Assembly (NCBI GenBank): GCA_937894955.1
Contig: CALAXO010000144.1
Location: 1-39,077 of the forward strand
Source of the DNA: an uncultured Clostridia bacterium
Lineage (GTDB): Bacteria > Bacillota > Clostridia > Christensenellales > CAG-138
DNA length: 39,077 nucleotides
Direction of reading: 5' to 3'
Positions within the stretch are counted from its first letter, which is position 1. Each line of letters starts with the position of its first letter. Under the pieces are notes generated by a model. The model was given only the letters and a program-made list of their open reading frames with translations. It ran no database searches and had not been told where the DNA came from. Of the stretch, positions 35,153 to 39,077 are shown in pieces. The translations under genes were made by a program, and so were the position numbers.

Positions 35153-36595
35153 ATGGATTTAAACAAAAAACGAATGAATGCCGGCATAACTGCCGATGAT
35201 GACAGCTCGGAGCTGTCGGCAGGTTCGACGGTGACGCTTGAAATCACGGCGTACGGTTCGGAGGGGCAGGGGATTGCAAGGCATAACGGCATGGCTGTAT
35301 TCGTGCCGGGCGCAATTTGCGGAGAAACCGTTGAAGCGGAAATTAAAAAAGCCGCACCTTCATTTGCGGAAGCGAAACTTCAAAAAATCCTTCGGCCGTC
35401 GGCAGAAAGGGTAATTCCGCCCTGCCCGCATTACGCCGAATGCGGGGGCTGTGATCTTCTTCACATGAGCTATGCGGAGCAGCTCCGCATGAAGCGCGAA
35501 ACCGTGCGCAGCGCAATGGAGCGCATAGGAGGCTTTCGCGGGATTGAAATTCTTCCGTGCATCGGCGCGGACAAGCCCGAACATTACAGAAACAAGGCCG
35601 TTTTTCAGTTTGCAAATGCCGAAAAGACAAATAAGAAAAACCTTCGGCAGGTTCTTTCGGGCTATTACGAACAAAAAAGCCATAAACTCGTGCCCGTTGA
35701 AACATGCATGATTCAGAACGAAGAGGCAATGACGGCGAAAAGAATCGTTGCCGAATGGGCGAATTTGTTCGGCATCCGCGCCTTCGATGAAAAACAAAAA
35801 AGCGGAACTTTAAGGCAGCTTATGGTGCGCAGAACAGAGGGCGGAGCGATGGCCGCGATAGCAACAACAGGCGCACTTCCGCATTCGGATGAGCTTGTTT
35901 CAATGCTGAAACGCGGTCTGCCGTCGCTTGCATCCTGTATCCACGGCATCAACCGCAACCCGCGTGATCCGGGTATCGGCAGCAAAACCGAGCTGCTGTT
36001 CGGCAGCTCAGAACTTTCCGAAACGGTTTGCGGATTGAAATTCAACGTCAGTGCGCACAGCTTTTTGCAGGTGAACCCCGAACAGACGCAAAAGCTGTAC
36101 CTTGCCGCCGCAAATGCATTGAACCTGACTGCAAACGATGATGTCGCGGATGTTTTTTGCGGGATAGGCACGATTTCCTTGCTTTTGGCTCAACGCGCCC
36201 GCTCCGTTCTGGGCATTGAAGCGGTTCCGCCCGCCGTTAAGGATGCCTGGAGGAATGCAAAACTCAACAACATCAAAAATGCGGAATTCATCTGCGAAAA
36301 TGCCGAAACTGCCCTGCCCCGTCTCGTTGCGGAAGGCAAACGCTTCTCGGCAATTTTACTCGATCCGCCGCGCCGCGGAGCGGAAAAGCCCACTCTTGAT
36401 GCAATTGCAAACAGCGGAGCCGAACGCATCGCGTATGTTTCCTGCAACCCCGCAACGCTTGCCCGCGACTGCAAAATACTCGCCGCCGCAGGCTATGCCC
36501 CGATGTCGGTTCAGCCCGTGGATATGTTCCCAATGACACATCATGTCGAGACGGTTGTCCTCTTGTCGCGGGAAGCTGCCGCCGGACTGCATTAA
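35153..36595 (+). CDS. rlmD: 23S rRNA (uracil-C5)-methyltransferase, RlmD/RumA family (TRAM + 4Fe-4S + SAM methyltransferase)
   Basis: ORF 35111-36595; I favour the ATG at 35153, but the start is uncertain. The TRAM-like N terminus has GQGIARHNGMAVFVPGAICGETV. The Fe-S cysteines are CPHYAECGGCDLLH...C. The SAM motif is DVFCGIGTISL, and the C terminus has DPPRRGA and VSCNPATLARD. Confidence 0.88.
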   Translation: MDLNKKRMNAGITADDDSSELSAGSTVTLEITAYGSEGQGIARHNGMAVFVPGAICGETVEAEIKKAAPSFAEAKLQKILRPSAERVIPPCPHYAECGGCDLLHMSYAEQLRMKRETVRSAMERIGGFRGIEILPCIGADKPEHYRNKAVFQFANAEKTNKKNLRQVLSGYYEQKSHKLVPVETCMIQNEEAMTAKRIVAEWANLFGIRAFDEKQKSGTLRQLMVRRTEGGAMAAIATTGALPHSDELVSMLKRGLPSLASCIHGINRNPRDPGIGSKTELLFGSSELSETVCGLKFNVSAHSFLQVNPEQTQKLYLAAANALNLTANDDVADVFCGIGTISLLLAQRARSVLGIEAVPPAVKDAWRNAKLNNIKNAEFICENAETALPRLVAEGKRFSAILLDPPRRGAEKPTLDAIANSGAERIAYVSCNPATLARDCKILAAAGYAPMSVQPVDMFPMTHHVETVVLLSREAAAGLH

Positions 36596-36653
36596 ACAAA
36601 CTGCATTAATACATATCAGGTAATACATGAAGCATTAAGGAAAGAGGAGAGCA

Positions 36654-37172
36654 ATGATTTACCGGATAAACGGTGCATACGGCGTCGGGAAATCGACTGT
36701 TGCGGAGCAGCTTAAGGCGAAGCTGCCGAAAGCGCATATATTTGATGCGGAAGAGGTCGGTAATGTTGTCAGGGACAATTATCCCGAGGAATGCAAACAC
36801 AGCATTATTTTTGAGGGGTACCCGCTTTGGAGGGAGCTGAACTGCAGACTGTTGAAGGACATAAGCAGCAAATACGATGGAGATATTATTGTGCCGATGA
36901 CGCTTGTGCCTGATGTTTCGTATACGGAAATTATTCAGCGGCTGACGGACGGCGGTATTTCGGTCGGGTATGTTATTCTTGACGGCGATCGGCAGACAAT
37001 TCACGACAGGATAATTAAGCGCGGAGAGGATGAGGAGTGCCGGTGCATGAACAATATCCGAACATGTCTTGATGCACAATGCGGGGATATGCGTGCCGAG
37101 CACATAAACACCGTCGAAAGAACGCCGGGCGAAATCGCGGATGAAATAATTAAACGTTTTGAAAAGCTTTGA
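36654..37172 (+). CDS. TmrB-like P-loop ATP-binding protein (tunicamycin-resistance-protein family, by recalled similarity)
   Basis: A 172-aa ORF with the RBS AGAGGAGAG. MIYRINGAYGVGKST (P-loop), EGYPLWRELNCRLL, IIVPMTLV and YTEIIQRL align with my recollection of B. subtilis TmrB (IWINGAFGSGKT, SYPLWRAFNYSLL, LIVPMTIV, FNEIIGRL). It lacks the C-terminal amphipathic tail of TmrB. Confidence 0.65.
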   Translation: MIYRINGAYGVGKSTVAEQLKAKLPKAHIFDAEEVGNVVRDNYPEECKHSIIFEGYPLWRELNCRLLKDISSKYDGDIIVPMTLVPDVSYTEIIQRLTDGGISVGYVILDGDRQTIHDRIIKRGEDEECRCMNNIRTCLDAQCGDMRAEHINTVERTPGEIADEIIKRFEKL

Positions 37173-37227
37173 GAGAATCCGCAATTTCGGGTTTGTAACA
37201 TCGGACGAGGGCAGAGGATATCGGCAG

Positions 37228-38397
37228 ATGATTGAAAAACAATTCACGGCGTTGCTGCGCAGTTTTGTGCAGGACACTGCGCCGAAAACGGAAGAATCGT
37301 GGAACATGGCGGAATTGCAGCGGGCGGCGGCACAGCAGAACATGCTGCCTGTGTTGGCGTATGAAAACAAGCGTTGGAGGCTCTCGGCTGATTCGGAAGT
37401 TTGCCGCCGATTTGACGGTTTTCTGTACGGTGCGATTGTCGGCAACCTGAACCGACGCGTGGACTTTGAAACTTTATCAAAAGAATTTACGGTTCGGGGC
37501 ATTGCGCATATGCCCGTTAAAGGCTATTATCTCCGAATGCTTTATCCCGTTCCGGAGCTGCGCACGTTTGGAGATATTGACATGCTGATCCATCGGGAAG
37601 ACAGGCAAAAGGTACACGAGCTGATGCTTTCGCTGGGCTATTCGGTGAAACAAAACTGGGAGCCGACTTATTCTTATATTAAAGGTGCGGAATATTATGA
37701 AATCCACACAAATTTAATGGACGGCAATCTGGATAACAGAGCCGATTTAAAGGCATATTTTGATGCGGCGTGGCAGTATGCGGAACCGGATGACGGGCTG
37801 CGATACAGGCCGGATTCGGATTTTCATTTCATCTATACGGTGTGCCACCTTGCAAAGCATCTGTACAGCGGCGGCGCGGGGCTGCGAATGTATTTGGATA
37901 TTGCCCTGTTTATGAAGAACGGGTGCGCACGGCTGAACATGAAAAACATTGAGCGGGAGTTGGCAGCTTTGCAGCTGACCGAGTTTTTTCATACGGTGAT
38001 GAATGCATGCAGCGCATGGTTCGGGACGGAATGCGGCTGTTTGCTTCCGCCGCCGGATGAGGCGGCAATCGAAAAGCTTCTTTGTTATACGTTGGATTCG
38101 GATCTTTTCGGTCATTCCCGCGACCACGCGGTGATAAAGCTGCGCAATTCGGAATCGAAAAAGCCCGCAAAGGGCAAATTGATATGCAATATGCTTTTTC
38201 CGCCTGCGGGGGAAATCGAATCGCGCTATACCTTCCTTCAGGGAAGGCGCTGGCTGCTGCCGCTGGCGTGGATCGTGCGTGCGGTGTCGAATTTTCGCCT
38301 GATTCCAAACAGACTGCACAGCATGAAATCCGTTGCCGAAACCGATATCGACCGCGTGGAAACGTATGACGGGTTTATGCGCCGAATCGGACTTTGA
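37228..38397 (+). CDS. Uncharacterised nucleotidyltransferase family protein (PF14907 / NTP_transf_5-like, Pol-beta fold)
   Basis: ORF 37159-38397 (TTG start). I favour the ATG at 37228 behind AGAGGA. The motif FGDIDMLIHREDRQKVHELMLSLGY is the GxxD-x-D nucleotidyltransferase signature of this family. Confidence 0.75.
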   Translation: MIEKQFTALLRSFVQDTAPKTEESWNMAELQRAAAQQNMLPVLAYENKRWRLSADSEVCRRFDGFLYGAIVGNLNRRVDFETLSKEFTVRGIAHMPVKGYYLRMLYPVPELRTFGDIDMLIHREDRQKVHELMLSLGYSVKQNWEPTYSYIKGAEYYEIHTNLMDGNLDNRADLKAYFDAAWQYAEPDDGLRYRPDSDFHFIYTVCHLAKHLYSGGAGLRMYLDIALFMKNGCARLNMKNIERELAALQLTEFFHTVMNACSAWFGTECGCLLPPPDEAAIEKLLCYTLDSDLFGHSRDHAVIKLRNSESKKPAKGKLICNMLFPPAGEIESRYTFLQGRRWLLPLAWIVRAVSNFRLIPNRLHSMKSVAETDIDRVETYDGFMRRIGL

Positions 38398-38440
38398 AAA
38401 ATGCACGCATCGGGGCAGAAAAAGCAATGCGGATGGAAAT

Positions 38441-38469
38441 AAAAAAGACCGCCGGTAAATTCAGCGGTC
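38441..38469 (-). terminator. Rho-independent terminator of the partial minus-strand gene
   Basis: The hairpin gaccgc/gcggtc lies at 38447-38469. On the minus strand it is followed by TTTTTT (A run 38441-38446 on +). Confidence 0.5.
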
Positions 38470-38506
38470 ACAGTCTTATGAAGATTACAAAACCCGAATA
38501 TCGTGA

Positions 38507-39077
38507 TTATTCGGCAGTCACGGCCGAACCGAGCTGTTCGCCGTTGATTGTCATTTCGTTGATGGCAGTGCTCCAAGCCTCGAAAGATTCGGTATCATAC
38601 AGTTGTGCGGTGAACATTGTCAGCATATCGCCGGAGTAGATGTAGCATGCAATGACGTATGCATGAACATCTTCAACATCAACGGTTGTTTTATAGTAAA
38701 TAACCGGGTGATCACCGACGGTCAGTTTATAACATTTGTCGTCGGAAACGGTTCCGCCGAAAGCTTCTTTGAAATAAGCTTCGATTTCTTCGACGGACTG
38801 GCTGAAATTGACAGCGGCGTCATCACCGATGGGTGCATTCATGTAAATGACTGCATTCTGTGAATTTTCATCCACGCTGCTGGCAAAAGCAATGATTCCG
38901 CCGATGTCCATAAGCATATAGCCTTCGGGTGCGGTCAGCTTGATGAAGTCGGTTGTAAACTCGCGTGTGGTCTGGTTGAAGCTGTAGCTGTCGGCAGGTT
39001 CCGCAGTGGGTTCTTCCGTGGGCTCCGCAGTGGGTTCCGCGGTAGGTTCCGCGGTGGGCGTTGCGGGAACTTCCGTG
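38507..39077 (-). CDS. Secreted or lipoprotein-like hypothetical protein with a (T/A)EPT linker; 5' end outside the window
   Basis: The listed ORF 38507-38917 continues in frame without a stop to the window edge. Hand translation gives TEVPATPTAEPTAEPTAEPTEEPTAEPADSYSFNQTTREFTTDFIKLTAPEGYMLMDIGG... Confidence 0.7.
   Translation of the reverse strand, partial: TEVPATPTAEPTAEPTAEPTEEPTAEPADSYSFNQTTREFTTDFIKLTAPEGYMLMDIGGIIAFASSVDENSQNAVIYMNAPIGDDAAVNFSQSVEEIEAYFKEAFGGTVSDDKCYKLTVGDHPVIYYKTTVDVEDVHAYVIACYIYSGDMLTMFTAQLYDTESFEAWSTAINEMTINGEQLGSAVTAE

Noticed and set aside
1-39077. A search for rRNA, tRNA, CRISPR arrays, IS elements, transposases, integrases, prophage genes and known multi-gene defence systems
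   Set aside because: Reading both strands showed no cloverleaf-like or rRNA-like segments, no regularly spaced repeats, no terminal inverted repeats flanking a transposase-like ORF, and no recombinase motifs. A computational scan (tRNAscan, Infernal, ISfinder, DefenseFinder-type HMMs) would still be needed to exclude them formally.

Overview
This is a 39-kb chromosomal window from an endospore-forming Bacillota organism. The spoIVA gene, a T-box leader, a dockerin protein and TAEPT-type linkers suggest Clostridia, possibly Oscillospiraceae/Ruminococcaceae-like; that placement is inference only. Spot counts put G+C a little above 50% in most genes. Most of the window is a housekeeping backbone on both strands: metG behind a Met T-box leader, an HD hydrolase, spoIVA, hisS, dnaX, nadE, an HtrA-like protease, an OmpR-type two-component pair, a PflX-like radical SAM enzyme, murB, rapZ, whiA, dnaE, pfkA and an RlmD/RumA-type methyltransferase. 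Accessory-looking pieces sit between these genes. They include a 1068-aa lipobox-plus-dockerin beta-helix protein with two GGGWGGGPGGG segments, and an AT-rich single-gene island encoding a large NYN-nuclease-domain protein split by a frameshift in a C5/G5 run. There is also a small nucleoside 2-deoxyribosyltransferase-like gene apparently co-transcribed with tdk, a marR-MATE efflux pair with tandem promoters and a palindromic operator candidate, and a TmrB-like P-loop protein paired with a PF14907-type nucleotidyltransferase. A secreted protein with a TAEPT linker is cut by the right edge. The two clearest anomalies seen directly in the sequence are both gene disruptions. The response-regulator gene is broken by a 43-bp composite insertion copied from itself, which looks like a template-switch scar. 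The NYN gene is split by a homopolymer frameshift. A more speculative observation is an A AAA AAT slippery run in dnaX with an immediate -1 frame TGA at the position where E. coli makes gamma. I found no rRNA, tRNA, CRISPR array, transposase, integrase or recognisable multi-gene defence system. None of the candidates can be called a novel system from sequence reading alone.
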